From contig CAXXMR010000023.1 of the NCBI GenBank assembly GCA_963663805.2, positions 1-54,267 of the forward strand: a stretch of 54,267 nt of DNA. Direction: 5' to 3'. The notes beneath the pieces are model-generated. The model saw only the letters and a list, made by a program, of their open reading frames with translations. It made no database searches and was not told the DNA's origin. Below are positions 32,190 through 42,753 of the stretch, one piece after another. The position numbers and the translations under genes are program-made. Positions within the stretch are counted from its first letter, which is position 1; every line of letters starts with the position of its first letter. The DNA is from Sedimentisphaerales bacterium. GTDB taxonomy: Bacteria > Planctomycetota > Phycisphaerae > Sedimentisphaerales > SM23-30.

Positions 32190-32780
32190 TTAATATGGTT
32201 TTCGGGCGTGTCCTATTACTCTGGGTGGAACCATGATAGAGTAGACGTTGATTTCGTTGAGTTTTTCGAAGAATACTTCGCGGAAGGCCTGTGGGCTGTA
32301 TCTGTAGTAGTCGCCGGGGCTGGCGTGGACTCTGAAGACGAGTGTTGAATGGCCGAGTATCTTGATTATGGGGATGTGTTTAGTGATTTTTCTCCAGAAT
32401 CCATGTTCCCACGGCAGTTTGGTATATCCGGGGTTGCAGATGACCAGCAGGCCTCCGGGGGTTAGTACTCTTTTCATTTCATGGATTGATTTCCAGAAGA
32501 ATTTGTCGTGTTCGAGTACGGCGTTGCAGAGTACGAGTTCAAAGGATGCATCTTCAAACATGTTCATATTGTTGGCGTTGCCCTTGATGATGGCGAAATC
32601 ATCGTATTCGAGGGGGTCGAGAATATTAAGGCCGATTTTTTTTTTGGCGTTTTTTAGGGCAGGCAGTTTTAACAAGGTGTTGGGCCGTGGCACTGCTCCG
32701 ATTTCGAGGGCTCGGCCTTTGAATTCGGGTGCCTGTTGGGAGACTATACGGTTGAATTCCTGAAATACCCTTTGTTTCAT
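32190..32780 (-). CDS. Class I SAM-dependent methyltransferase
   Basis: ALEIGA, FEDASFELVLCNAVLEH, RVLTPGG and DYYRYS. Confidence 0.85.
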   Translation of the reverse strand: MKQRVFQEFNRIVSQQAPEFKGRALEIGAVPRPNTLLKLPALKNAKKKIGLNILDPLEYDDFAIIKGNANNMNMFEDASFELVLCNAVLEHDKFFWKSIHEMKRVLTPGGLLVICNPGYTKLPWEHGFWRKITKHIPIIKILGHSTLVFRVHASPGDYYRYSPQAFREVFFEKLNEINVYSIMVPPRVIGHARKPY

Positions 32781-32906
32781 AGTGCAAACCTGTTTCCTTA
32801 TAAAAGTTTAGAGAATCAATATCATAAGGTCTTGGCTCTTTCCAGTTATTTTTATAGACTGCATTAACATTACCGGGATGGTGGCAAAGTTTAACGTTAG
32901 TAATGC

Positions 32907-32935
32907 TTGACGGTTTAGGTTGGTGCGTTTAGAAT
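32907..32935 (+). promoter_or_regulatory. sigma70-type promoter TTGACG-17-TAGAAT
   Basis: Direct reading, ~165 bp upstream of the FHA kinase gene. Confidence 0.55.
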
Positions 32936-33102
32936 GGTTGTTGACCTGGGACGACATCTTGTTGGCCCGGCTCCTGTGTTACAGGAGGAGTTCCTTTCAC
33001 ATGCGGGTAAGAGGGCCGCGTGTCAGCGAATGGTATTGAATTTAAGTTGTTGTGCTTAATGGATTAAGATAGAATTTTCATCGGCTGGAGCTGATATTAG
33101 CT

Positions 33103-34743
33103 GTGCCTAATTTACAGATATTGCAGGGGCCGGACAAGGGAGCTTCATTCTCTATCGATGATTCTCCGATTATTATCGGTCGTAACAGCCCCGATTTGCC
33201 GCTGACGGATAATACCATTTCGCGGCGTCACAGCGAGCTGACCTGTGTTGATAATACTTGGTATATCAGTGACTTACAATCAGCGAACGGCACTTATGTC
33301 AACGGTGTTAAGGTTTTGGAGCCTATGGCTTTGAAGCAGGGTGACCAGGTTCGCTGCGGAACAACGATTATTGTTTTTGGGGGAAAGCGGAGCGCGACGG
33401 TTACGGGTCTGACTTCGGGGCTGAAGATCGATGAAAACGGCAATCTGGTAGAAGCGGCAATCGTGGCGACGATGCCGTCGATGGATGACTCGATTATTCT
33501 GGCAGGTCCTGAGTCGTCGGCGGCGGTGAATAATCTGCGTCTTTTGTATCAGTTGAGTACGGCGATAAGTTCGATTTTTGACACCCGGCAATTGCTGGAG
33601 CAGGTTATGGATATGATATTCGATAATCTGCCGGCAGACCGTGGTTTTATTCTGATAAACGAAAGCGGGGACGAATCGAATATGGCCCCGGCGGTGGTTC
33701 GCTATCGCAGCCCGGAACATTCGGGGGAAATTACGGTTAGCAATACGATAGTCTCTCATGTGGTGTCGCATAAGGAAGGGGTGATGTGCTCCAATGCGAT
33801 GCGTGACCCGCGTTTTACGATGGGCCAGAGCGTGCATGATTTGGGGGTTCGGTCGGCACTGTGTGTGCCGATTATGGTTCGGAATCATATTATCGGGGCG
33901 ATTTACATTGATACAACGGTGGCGACGCATACTTACGCGAATGACCAGCTGCAACTGCTGACGGCGATTGGGATGCAGACCGGGATGGCTTTGGAACATG
34001 CCCGGTTGTATCAGACGGGGGTTCAGGCGGAACGTCTGGCGGCGACGGGCGAGACGGTGGCTTATATTTCGCACGGCATTAAAAATATTCTGCAAAGTCT
34101 GCAATCGGCGGCTGACACAGTTGAGCTGGGGCTTGGTCGTGACAAGATCGATGTAGCGCGCAAGGGCTGGTCGATTTTACAGAGGAATCTGACCCGGATT
34201 CAGAATCTGGTGTTGAATATGCTGGCGTTCAGTAAGGAACGTCGGCCTCAACTGGTGATGACGCAAGTTAATCAGATTGTGTCGGAGACGGTTGAAACTT
34301 TGGCGGGCCAGGCTTTGGATAAGCAGGTGGCGTTATTTGGGGACACTGACCCGGAACTACCAGCAATCGCTATCGACGGCAGCGGGCTGGAGCAGGCGTT
34401 GCTGAATTTGATATTGAACGCTCTGGACGCGGTTCGGCCGGGCGAGGGTGTGATTACGGTCAAGACGGCCTACGATGAAGAAAGCCAGGAAGTGCTGGTT
34501 TCGGTGGGGGATAACGGTACGGGAATCGCTCCGGAGGCACAAGAGAAGATATTCGAGGCTTTTCATTCTCATAAGGGCCAGGGCGGTACGGGGCTGGGGC
34601 TGGCGGTGGTGAGGAAAATCATGGAGGAGCATAAAGGCTCGGTCGAGGTCAGCAGCGAGGCAGGGCAAGGCACGATGTTTACGATGCGGTTCCCGTGCAG
34701 TACTGAGGAAACCTCTGACAGCGGGTCGACGGCTGGGCCTTGA
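33103..34743 (+). CDS. FHA-GAF sensor histidine kinase
   Basis: FHA (IGR, SRRH, SANGTYVNG), GAF (SALCVPI), H-box ISHGIKN, N/G boxes DNGTG and GTGLGL. Confidence 0.92.
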   Translation: MPNLQILQGPDKGASFSIDDSPIIIGRNSPDLPLTDNTISRRHSELTCVDNTWYISDLQSANGTYVNGVKVLEPMALKQGDQVRCGTTIIVFGGKRSATVTGLTSGLKIDENGNLVEAAIVATMPSMDDSIILAGPESSAAVNNLRLLYQLSTAISSIFDTRQLLEQVMDMIFDNLPADRGFILINESGDESNMAPAVVRYRSPEHSGEITVSNTIVSHVVSHKEGVMCSNAMRDPRFTMGQSVHDLGVRSALCVPIMVRNHIIGAIYIDTTVATHTYANDQLQLLTAIGMQTGMALEHARLYQTGVQAERLAATGETVAYISHGIKNILQSLQSAADTVELGLGRDKIDVARKGWSILQRNLTRIQNLVLNMLAFSKERRPQLVMTQVNQIVSETVETLAGQALDKQVALFGDTDPELPAIAIDGSGLEQALLNLILNALDAVRPGEGVITVKTAYDEESQEVLVSVGDNGTGIAPEAQEKIFEAFHSHKGQGGTGLGLAVVRKIMEEHKGSVEVSSEAGQGTMFTMRFPCSTEETSDSGSTAGP

Positions 34744-34808
34744 TTTTTTTCAAGACTTCAGGAATCAGATTTCAGGGTTCAGCCAAGTAACGGAAAACAG
34801 AAATATTA

Positions 34809-34840
34809 AACCGCGGATTACACGGGTTTCGCGGATTTTT
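34809..34840. repeat. Short REP-like element with 9-mer periodicity (CGCGGATTA CACGGGTTT CGCGGATTT)
   Basis: Intergenic, with palindromic AACCGCG...CGCGGATT. Confidence 0.45.
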
Positions 34841-34952
34841 AGCGGCAACTAATTTTCTTTCTCCCCTTTTGGAGTTTGTGTGGTTTATACCGGTACTGGC
34901 GTTTTGGGGTTTTGTTTGGGCAACAGGGGTATAATTTATAAAGCAGATACAC

Positions 34953-34987
34953 AAAAGCCCCACGACTTTTATCGCGGGGCTTTTTTT
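34953..34987. terminator. Bidirectional intrinsic terminator
   Basis: AAAAGCCCC...GGGGCTTTTTTT between convergent genes. Confidence 0.75.
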
Positions 34988-35010
34988 GAATTTGCGGCTG
35001 AACCTGATTA

Positions 35011-35703
35011 TTATTTTCTGCGGCGCAGCATTGCCAGGGCGCCAAGGGTTAGAAGGCTCAGGGCAGCCGGTTCGGGGATGCACCAGTCGACGAATTCGTA
35101 ATCGAGGGAGAATCCGTAGCCGTAGAAGGAGAGGCTGACCCATTCGGGGTTCCAGTCGTAATAGCGTGTGCCATCATAAGGGGGGAGCATTAAATCAAAA
35201 ATATCGTTGGGGTTAGAGGCCCATTGCATCACCGGTGAAACCGGGGCAAGGGGGTTATTGCCGGGATAGCCGACGACCTCCCAGGTGGGCGGCATCAAAC
35301 CCCCAGTGCCGCCGATAAAGATGTTCCAGTAGGCTTCGCAAATCAACATTGGTTCGGCGGGGTTTTCAAGCCAAGCGGGGTTAGTGGAAGAAAAATCGAG
35401 GTGAAAATCCATCGCGGCACCGTTGTCGCTATAGACGATATTGGTGAGCCTATAGAGAAATTCTTTCCAGCGGTTGAGGTCGAACTCATTCTGGACGACA
35501 ATGGTGTAATCGAAGGGAGTATCGGAAGTGTAGGCCATAGCGTCGATGGAGCCGGAAGTATAGTTGGTATATTCAGGGTTGGGCGGTACGGGCAGGTAGA
35601 TGATTTCGTCGGGGTCGTACATGGAGCCAGAAATCGGGTAGGCATTAACGGCGAAAGCAAGGAACATCGTGAGCAGTAGAGTGAATAAAAAAGTTTTCTT
35701 CAT
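35011..35703 (-). CDS. PEP-CTERM sorting-domain protein
   Basis: Signal peptide MKKTFLFTLL and C-terminal IPEPAALSLLTLGALAMLRRRK; SD GGAGG. Confidence 0.92.
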   Translation of the reverse strand: MKKTFLFTLLLTMFLAFAVNAYPISGSMYDPDEIIYLPVPPNPEYTNYTSGSIDAMAYTSDTPFDYTIVVQNEFDLNRWKEFLYRLTNIVYSDNGAAMDFHLDFSSTNPAWLENPAEPMLICEAYWNIFIGGTGGLMPPTWEVVGYPGNNPLAPVSPVMQWASNPNDIFDLMLPPYDGTRYYDWNPEWVSLSFYGYGFSLDYEFVDWCIPEPAALSLLTLGALAMLRRRK

Positions 35704-35912
35704 GGCACTTCCTCCTGTTAAAAGGTTGAAAAATAGAAGCACACCTTCGGGTGAGCTTTGTGTTCAACAATCAGTTTCTTCCGCATCTTTGTGGTCTTTT
35801 CAAAAACAAAAAGCGTGAACAGCTATAATTACTCTAACAACTTTGCAGACAGCAACTTAGATTCAATATCAGGCTGCGTATCGAGAACGACGCAAACGCA
35901 CCAAGTACATAA

Positions 35913-35940
35913 ATAATACTCTATTTTGCGGAAATGTCAA
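35913..35940 (-). promoter_or_regulatory. sigma70-type promoter TTGACA-16-TATTAT for the PEP-CTERM gene
   Basis: Direct reading of the minus strand; implies a ~200-nt leader. Confidence 0.5.
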
Positions 35941-35976
35941 AAAAAGTGCGAAAATTATCCGCTGAGTGGTGGGCCC

Positions 35977-36360
35977 TTACGGGGAATCGGGGGTTTTATT
36001 CTGATTTTTGGCTGTACTGGGTGAGCGGCGTTTTCGTCGTTGTTTTTGTTTTCGGATTTTTTCTCTTTTGATTGCGGCGGGGCTTTGGTCGCCGAGCGTT
36101 TTATCCTCGAGCAGTTCGCACATGCGCAGGCGGGCATAATAGCGGTTGAGCCGCTGCTGTCGTGACTTCTGCATTTTGACGGCTAGGCCCGTGGGGCGAT
36201 GTTTGAGCAGGGCGCAGCTGGAAGTTTTGTTGACTCGTTGGCCGCCGGGCCCTTGTGAGCGAACGAAGGTTTCTTCGAGGTCTTTTTCGGTCAGGCCGCA
36301 ATTTTTCATGCGTTCCTGGAGCTGAAGAATCTTTTTTTCGGTAACACCAAAATCTATCAT
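35977..36360 (-). CDS. Short GGQ peptidyl-tRNA hydrolase (release-factor-like ribosome rescue, ArfB/C12orf65-like)
   Basis: FVRSQGPGGQRVNKTSS, HRPTG and a basic C-terminal tail. Confidence 0.85.
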   Translation of the reverse strand: MIDFGVTEKKILQLQERMKNCGLTEKDLEETFVRSQGPGGQRVNKTSSCALLKHRPTGLAVKMQKSRQQRLNRYYARLRMCELLEDKTLGDQSPAAIKREKIRKQKQRRKRRSPSTAKNQNKTPDSP

Positions 36361-36404
36361 ATTTTTTTCGCTAAGGTCAGTTATCAATGGAGTTTTGCAA
36401 AAGG

Positions 36405-38042
36405 TCAGTTATTAGTTTTCTGGGATTCGCTGAGCAACAAGGAGCGGACCTGAGAGCGAATCTGGGGAAAAGGCACAATTGCGGTGCGGGGCAATTCGAG
36501 TGTGCCATCGAGACGAACGGAGGCTATAGTTTTCTGGATGGAATCGAGAAGTTTTTCAAGTTCGGCGGCGCCGGGCAGGAAAGAATCTTTGAGAGGGCGG
36601 CTGGTGCCGATGACGAACCCGCTGATTTGACTTTTGGGTCCGAGGTAAAAATCGGTTAGCTGGCCTTTGCCGCGAATGTCTATGCCGCGATTGAAGTAGG
36701 TAAAACTGGGCACGAGGATATTTTTGCCTTCGAGTCGGAGATTGATTTTGCCTTTTCCGGTGACCGATTTTTTAGAGAAGTCGAGCTTGAGAGTATTGTA
36801 AACGGCAGAAATCGCGGGGTTAGAGGCGAGATCGGAATCGATGAGGTTTAGCTGGGCGATACCACTGATTCTGGAAAGCTGCTGGGAAAGCACCAAGTCG
36901 ATCTGGCCTGAAGTTCGGGCGATTAACGGCTGGGCGTGGGGGTCGAGGATATGGACAAGCTGGTTGAGATCGATTTTATCGAGCTGGAGCGAGCTTTGGC
37001 CTGTCCATTCCTGCGGTCGGCGGGTCAGGGTGGTTCGGATACCGACTGCTCCATCCAGAATTTGCAATTTACCCTCGTTCATGATGAACCGTTGAGGGCC
37101 GAGAAAACCCGCGAGGCTGACGCTATCGATTTTTGCTTTTCGGTAGCTGCCATTTTGGATATGAGCGTTTAATTTCCAGGCGTAAGGCTCGAGCGGTTTG
37201 TCATTTTGAGCGTGGGCGACTTGGAAATTCCCGGAGGCCAGTCCGGTGAAGTCATCAAGGGCGAAACCTAGGTCGGCAGTTTTGCTCAAATCGAGATTGG
37301 TAAAGTCAAAATTGAAATCGGCGGTGACTTTTTCATTAACGACGAGGCGGCCTGTGCCGTCGATAGTACCATTGAGGATTTGGGCATGGAGCGAATCAAA
37401 GGATATAAGAGTTTTATTGATTTTGCCCTGAGCGCTAAAATATTCGGGGACATCCAGATTAAAATTACATATACCGGCCCGGCCGTATTTGCTTGTCAAG
37501 GTAACTTTGCCCAGAGTTTGTTTCTTACGGACATTATCAAAATAACAAATGGCCAGGTCTTGAGCATGTACACGGGGCCAATTAAAAATGGTGTTTCCAG
37601 AAGTATCGTAAGGGGTTCTATCGAGGTGTTCCTGAATGATATTAATCAAATACTGGAGATTCCAGGTGCCCTGATGGTCTTTGCGGATGAGGTATTCTCC
37701 CTGGTCAAGCGAAATCCAGTCAAGCTGAAGTTTTCTGGTAAAGAGCATCTTCAGGAGACTGCTGTGGCTGATTTCCAGAGCTGGGGCGGTAAAGAAATAT
37801 TCTTTTGAGTCGGGCAGAGCCAAAGTGATATTTTCGAGACGGGTTTTTCCGGTCCAGCTTATATTTACTTTTTTGATTTGGATTTTAACTTCGAGATTTT
37901 CGCGGGCATATTTCAGAATAGTTTTTCGGGGCAGATCGGTAGACAAAATTACCTGAACGGTTACAGCCAAGGCGACCAGCAAAACAACCAGGGCAGCAAG
38001 AATCATCAGGATGCGTTTTTTTCTGGTACTGGTTTTATTCAT
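36405..38042 (-). CDS. AsmA-like membrane-anchored protein
   Basis: N-terminal TM anchor, beta-rich repeats, GTWNLQ and VRLDGTLELP ending. Confidence 0.6.
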   Translation of the reverse strand: MNKTSTRKKRILMILAALVVLLVALAVTVQVILSTDLPRKTILKYARENLEVKIQIKKVNISWTGKTRLENITLALPDSKEYFFTAPALEISHSSLLKMLFTRKLQLDWISLDQGEYLIRKDHQGTWNLQYLINIIQEHLDRTPYDTSGNTIFNWPRVHAQDLAICYFDNVRKKQTLGKVTLTSKYGRAGICNFNLDVPEYFSAQGKINKTLISFDSLHAQILNGTIDGTGRLVVNEKVTADFNFDFTNLDLSKTADLGFALDDFTGLASGNFQVAHAQNDKPLEPYAWKLNAHIQNGSYRKAKIDSVSLAGFLGPQRFIMNEGKLQILDGAVGIRTTLTRRPQEWTGQSSLQLDKIDLNQLVHILDPHAQPLIARTSGQIDLVLSQQLSRISGIAQLNLIDSDLASNPAISAVYNTLKLDFSKKSVTGKGKINLRLEGKNILVPSFTYFNRGIDIRGKGQLTDFYLGPKSQISGFVIGTSRPLKDSFLPGAAELEKLLDSIQKTIASVRLDGTLELPRTAIVPFPQIRSQVRSLLLSESQKTNN

Positions 38043-38049
38043 GCTGCAA

Positions 38050-38688
38050 CTACTCTACTTCCCGGTCAACAGTTACGATCGTGCCGGTAGTTGAGGGGCC
38101 GATGCCGAGAAACCAATAATCCTGCCGAAAGGTTTTTCCCAGCGAAGGCCCGCCACTGGCAACGACCTGACCGTCATTGGCCCAATAGGCGACATAGGCG
38201 ACAGAGGCATAACCAACCTCACGAATGGTTTTGCTGAGGGCAAGTTCGGGAGTAATGATACTGGCCATGGGCACTTCCGAGGCAACAGAGGTCATGCTGG
38301 ATGGTGCCATCAGCGAAGGGATACCGACGAGATTTTCGTAATGGTCGATGCCGACGCCGCCGGAGCGGACTTCCATGATGATTTCGGCCTGTTCTTTGCT
38401 GGGAACCAGCAGCACGCCCGAATTGAGCAGTTTGGCCCGAAACTCAGCGAGTACAAACTCCCGTGCGGCGGGGGCAAAATAGTTATTATCGATGAAAACT
38501 TTTCGGCCATACAAAGGTTCGAAGGTCATGGATTCGACGGCTTCGACGGCAGCCTGCGAGATGAGGAACTGCTCGGTGGCGGTATTGGCGGGATGGGTCA
38601 CTCTGACATTGGCACATCCGGAAAGGGAAATCGCAGCTATGGTTAATAGTATAATCGCGAAAATTTTTCGGGTCTGGGTCTGGTTCAT
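38050..38688 (-). CDS. Lipoprotein, DUF6655-like
   Basis: Lipobox LSGC, then TATEQFLIS...EVRSGGVGID. Confidence 0.6.
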   Translation of the reverse strand: MNQTQTRKIFAIILLTIAAISLSGCANVRVTHPANTATEQFLISQAAVEAVESMTFEPLYGRKVFIDNNYFAPAAREFVLAEFRAKLLNSGVLLVPSKEQAEIIMEVRSGGVGIDHYENLVGIPSLMAPSSMTSVASEVPMASIITPELALSKTIREVGYASVAYVAYWANDGQVVASGGPSLGKTFRQDYWFLGIGPSTTGTIVTVDREVE

Positions 38689-41576
38689 TAGTTGTTTCTC
38701 CGGGGTAAGGTAATGTAAAAGACCGAGCCCTGGCCGGGTTCGGATTGTACGATTATGGTCGCGTTAAGCTGGTCGAGTATTCTTTTGACGATAGTCAGGC
38801 CCAGTCCTTCGCCGGGTTTGTCGGGGTCGAGCTGATGGAACATTTCGAAGATTTTTTTCTGGAACTCCCAATGGATGCCGATGCCGTTGTCATGAACGGT
38901 ATATTTAATGACCTTTTCATTTTTGGTTCCGGAGATGACGATTTCGAGCTTTCTCTGGGGGTCACGATATTTGAGGGCATTGGCGATGAGGTTGGTGAAT
39001 ACCTGAGTTAATTTGGCACGGTCGGAATGACAGTCGGGGAGATTTTCGACCTTTAGTTCGGCCTTTACTTCTTCGATTTGATAGCGGAGGGAATCGGCAA
39101 CCGTTTTCACCAAGCTATTCATGTCGAGTTCTTCGCATTTGACCGGTTCGTAACCGAGCCGACAGACTTTGAGCAGTCCCTTCTGGAGCATGTCGAGTTT
39201 TTCGACGCCGGACAGGATAAAATTTATTGATTCGCCTATTTCGCGTTGAATGAGTCCGAGATTTTGGCTGCGTTGCTGTTCGGTCAAATCATTTTCGAGC
39301 AGTGCGGTGAGTTTTTGAATATTTTCGGAAAGCTGTTCGCTAAAGCCCTGGATATTGATAAGCGGCGAGCGCAGGTCGTGGGAGCTGACATATATGATGC
39401 TTTCGAGTTCCTCGTTCTGGATCTGAAGTTGTTTAAGCAATCGGCCTTTTTCTTCTTCGGCTTTTTTGAGTTCGGTAATGTCCTGCGAAGTACCCACCAG
39501 TCCAATACGGTCTGTTCCGTCAATGCTTTGGGCGTTAGCCCGGCAGAGAATAATTCTCTTTTGGCCGTCAGCTCTGATAATCCTCAGCTCGATTTCATAT
39601 CCGGCCTGTTTGTTGATCGCTTCGCTCATTAGCTCGTTGAGTCTGGGCCAATCGCCGCTATCGACATACTGCCCCAATTGTTCCACCGAGACCGATTCAC
39701 GGTACGGTAAACCAAAGATACGGTACAATTCACTGGTTCCGTATACCTTCTGATTATCCACATCAATAACCCAACTTCCAATCCGGGCGATTTTCTGGGC
39801 CTGATTGAGCAGGTTTTGATTATCCCGCAGAGCCTTTTCCATTTGTTTTCGAGCAGTAATGTCAGTAAAGGTTGTCATGGTCATATAAGGCTGGTCTTCG
39901 CCGGGCAGGAAACGGGGGACGGAGTTAATGATAATCCAGTTGTATCGTTCTTCGGCGGGGATATATACTCCGCAAATAACTCCGATAACCGGTTGGCCGG
40001 TGGCCAGAGCGATGTTGGAAGGCATTTTCTCCGGGGTAAGCGTTGAGCCGTCTTCGTGGACAAGCTTCCAATGGGGATCGTACGCGGTTTTTCCCAGGAG
40101 CTGGTCCTGAGACAGTCCTAGAATAGAAGCAGCGGCGTGATTGGCCTCGATAATTCGGCTTTGGCGGTCCTGCACAGTTACCCCCTGGGCCATGGTATCA
40201 AAAAGGAATTTGAATTTTTCCTCACTTTCGCGAAGTGCCTCCTCGGTGTTTCTGCGTTCGGTAATGTCCATACCGAAAGAGATAGTACCGACGACTTCAT
40301 CCCGTTCGATAATGACATTATTTCGCCAGACGATATATCTTTCTTGTCCGTCTTTGGTAAGAATAGGATTTTCGAATTCTCGGGGCAATCCCCCTTCCAT
40401 CAGCCGGTTAAATTCTTCCCAGACCTGCGGGTAGCGGTCGCGTGGAACGAGAGCCTCAAACCAATTCTGGCCACAGAGTTCTTCCGGGGCATATCCGGTG
40501 ATTTCCTGAGCCATCTGATTGAAAGTTATTAAATTACCTTTGACGTCCAGCCTGACAATCATGGTATTGGCGGTTTTGATAAGATTGTCGGCGAAATTTC
40601 TGACGATGGCGATTTCGTTTTCCTGACGTTTTCTCTCTTCAGTGTTACGGCAGCTGGCCAGAACAAAAACTCCTTCCGCTCGGTCGAGCCTGGTAAGCAT
40701 AACATCGGCGGGGAACTGGGTAGCGTTTTTTCGATGAAGTTCGACCTCGAAATTAACAGATTTTTCTCTGGGCAGTTTTTCCCAGAACCATTTTTCGTTT
40801 TCCCTATGTTTGAACTGATGGTCGATAAGGTCGATATTCATGTTAGTGAGTTCATCGTTGGTATATCCCAGTTCTTTGGCAGTAGAAGGGCTGAATTCGA
40901 GGATATTTCCCCTCCGGTCGAGTACAAAAAGCAAATCAGCGGACTGTTCAAAAAGGGCTCTGAGGCTGTTTTCGCTGGCCTGAAGTGCGATCTGTGTTTT
41001 TTGACGCCGGTATTGTCCGGCAAGAAGTATTCCCAAAAACACGGTCACCAGAGGATAGATGGTCAACACGGGCGGAGTGATTTTTCGGAAAGTATCGAAC
41101 GCAATGTCATGGGGCAGGAAAACACAACAGGCGAGCATAGCTAAATGCACAATGACACCGAACAGATAGAAATCAAGATAAGTGATCTGGCCGAGCTTAT
41201 TTTTTAGTCTGCAGTGCCAGAGCCCTCCCAGCAGGGCCGCTGAGGCGATGGTAGCCACGCCCATGTAAATACCTGAGCCGCCCTGAGAGGCCCTAAAGAC
41301 GGCAGCGATAACAAAAGCGATTATGGTTGGGACATAACCAAAGAAAAGCCCGACCAGACTGACCAGTACGGTGCGGGTATCGAAAATAAGACCGGGAGCA
41401 AATTTCATGGGATTGAGCATCAGGGCGATAGCAACCAGCCCGACGATTGTGCCCAGCAGGATTTTATGCCAAATCCGAAATATTCCCTTTTTCGGCATAA
41501 GGACATCATAGAGCACCCCCAATGCTAAAAGCAGTGCGGCATTATTGACCAGCGCGATTACAGCCTGACTATTCAT
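38688..41576 (-). CDS. 5TM-5TMR_LYT membrane sensor, multi-PAS histidine kinase
   Basis: N-terminal TMs (LIFDTR), four PAS/PAC blocks (DITERR-like ends), SHDLRSPL, DNGIG and GEGLGL. Confidence 0.92.
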   Translation of the reverse strand: MNSQAVIALVNNAALLLALGVLYDVLMPKKGIFRIWHKILLGTIVGLVAIALMLNPMKFAPGLIFDTRTVLVSLVGLFFGYVPTIIAFVIAAVFRASQGGSGIYMGVATIASAALLGGLWHCRLKNKLGQITYLDFYLFGVIVHLAMLACCVFLPHDIAFDTFRKITPPVLTIYPLVTVFLGILLAGQYRRQKTQIALQASENSLRALFEQSADLLFVLDRRGNILEFSPSTAKELGYTNDELTNMNIDLIDHQFKHRENEKWFWEKLPREKSVNFEVELHRKNATQFPADVMLTRLDRAEGVFVLASCRNTEERKRQENEIAIVRNFADNLIKTANTMIVRLDVKGNLITFNQMAQEITGYAPEELCGQNWFEALVPRDRYPQVWEEFNRLMEGGLPREFENPILTKDGQERYIVWRNNVIIERDEVVGTISFGMDITERRNTEEALRESEEKFKFLFDTMAQGVTVQDRQSRIIEANHAAASILGLSQDQLLGKTAYDPHWKLVHEDGSTLTPEKMPSNIALATGQPVIGVICGVYIPAEERYNWIIINSVPRFLPGEDQPYMTMTTFTDITARKQMEKALRDNQNLLNQAQKIARIGSWVIDVDNQKVYGTSELYRIFGLPYRESVSVEQLGQYVDSGDWPRLNELMSEAINKQAGYEIELRIIRADGQKRIILCRANAQSIDGTDRIGLVGTSQDITELKKAEEEKGRLLKQLQIQNEELESIIYVSSHDLRSPLINIQGFSEQLSENIQKLTALLENDLTEQQRSQNLGLIQREIGESINFILSGVEKLDMLQKGLLKVCRLGYEPVKCEELDMNSLVKTVADSLRYQIEEVKAELKVENLPDCHSDRAKLTQVFTNLIANALKYRDPQRKLEIVISGTKNEKVIKYTVHDNGIGIHWEFQKKIFEMFHQLDPDKPGEGLGLTIVKRILDQLNATIIVQSEPGQGSVFYITLPRRNN

Positions 41577-41683
41577 AAAACTAACTCCTGATAATTTTCA
41601 GAGTTGTGCATTCAATATTTTACGACCTGTGCCGCCAAAACATCTATCAGCACCGAGAGTTTATCGTTAGTGGCTCGTGTTTT

Positions 41684-42373
41684 TTATTGCAGCCTGCGGC
41701 GTAGCTCCCACCAGGAGAAATTTTTACCGGGACAAAGCGTTTGGGCACCATCGGCGTCGCGATGTCCGATGACTTTGTTCATGGGAATGTTGTATTCATT
41801 CTGCAGGAAGCAGACCAGATTGGCCAGGGAATCATATTGAGCTTGGGTGGGTCGGTTTTTTTCGAAATTTCCGACCAGAGATATTCCGATGGTATGTTCA
41901 TTCCAGTAATTATCGTAGCATTTTTTGGGTCGGCAATGAGCGCCTGTCAACTGTTGGCGCCAGCGATAGCCGACCTCGACTTTGCCGTCAGTCTGCCCAC
42001 GTCCATTGTTGATAACGAAATCATAGCCCAGGCCGTCCCAGCCGTTGCCGTTTTTATGAATGCCGTCGAGCCAATCCGCCGAACCGCTGTCGGTGGCGGT
42101 ATGATGGATGACGATTCCCTGCCAGCGACCGGGCTGCACGAGAGCTTTGGGCGGAATCCAAAGCGTGGGCACCGACTGATTAACAAGGTCATCAGTGAAG
42201 CACTGAGTTAATTTCGGATAATATTTCTGGGTTGGACGTTTATATTTATCGTAGGCTGATTTGACTGTCGGAGCCCCGGCCGTGCGGTTATTGCTGTTGC
42301 AGCCGGCCGCAATAAATCCAATGGACAAATCCGCTAATAATAAACAAAACTCCCTGCGGCCTAACTCCTTCAT
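41684..42373 (-). CDS. N-acetylmuramoyl-L-alanine amidase (Amidase_2/PGRP-like), probable lipoprotein
   Basis: IVIHHTAT, GLGYDFVI, GAHC, IGISLVGNF, GHRD and TLCPG. Confidence 0.88.
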   Translation of the reverse strand: MKELGRREFCLLLADLSIGFIAAGCNSNNRTAGAPTVKSAYDKYKRPTQKYYPKLTQCFTDDLVNQSVPTLWIPPKALVQPGRWQGIVIHHTATDSGSADWLDGIHKNGNGWDGLGYDFVINNGRGQTDGKVEVGYRWRQQLTGAHCRPKKCYDNYWNEHTIGISLVGNFEKNRPTQAQYDSLANLVCFLQNEYNIPMNKVIGHRDADGAQTLCPGKNFSWWELRRRLQ

Positions 42374-42744
42374 GAAATCCCTTCCTTGACAAACGACATC
42401 GCTCCATCTAACGATTCACAGATTACAAACAAACGGTTCAACTGAGTAGTAGCCAGGACTTTTTCGACATCCCCCTGAGCGCCGCAGATTACAAAGATTC
42501 CGTCGTGCTGCTCGGATAATCTTTCGGCTCGGATAAGGGCACTCAGGGCCATACTGGAAAGAAAAGCTAATTCGGCGAGGTCGAGAATAAGTTTATTTTT
42601 GCCAGCCTTGATAAGGTCTTCCAGCTCGCTGCCCAGCCGGGCGACTTCAGACATATCGGCAGAGCCGGACAGTCTCACAACCGCGACTCCTTGTTCGGTA
42701 CGCGTTCTGATACCCAAACCATCCATCGGCTCACCGCCTCGCAT
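42370..42744 (-). CDS. STAS-domain anti-sigma-factor antagonist
   Basis: LILDLAELAFLSSMAL. Confidence 0.88.
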   Translation of the reverse strand: MRGGEPMDGLGIRTRTEQGVAVVRLSGSADMSEVARLGSELEDLIKAGKNKLILDLAELAFLSSMALSALIRAERLSEQHDGIFVICGAQGDVEKVLATTQLNRLFVICESLDGAMSFVKEGIS

Positions 42745-42753
42745 AATCCACCC

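Noticed and set aside
32985..33040. HDV-like ribozyme suggested by TTCACAT and GCGAATGG
   Set aside because: Could not build the required P1/P2/P3 pairings.
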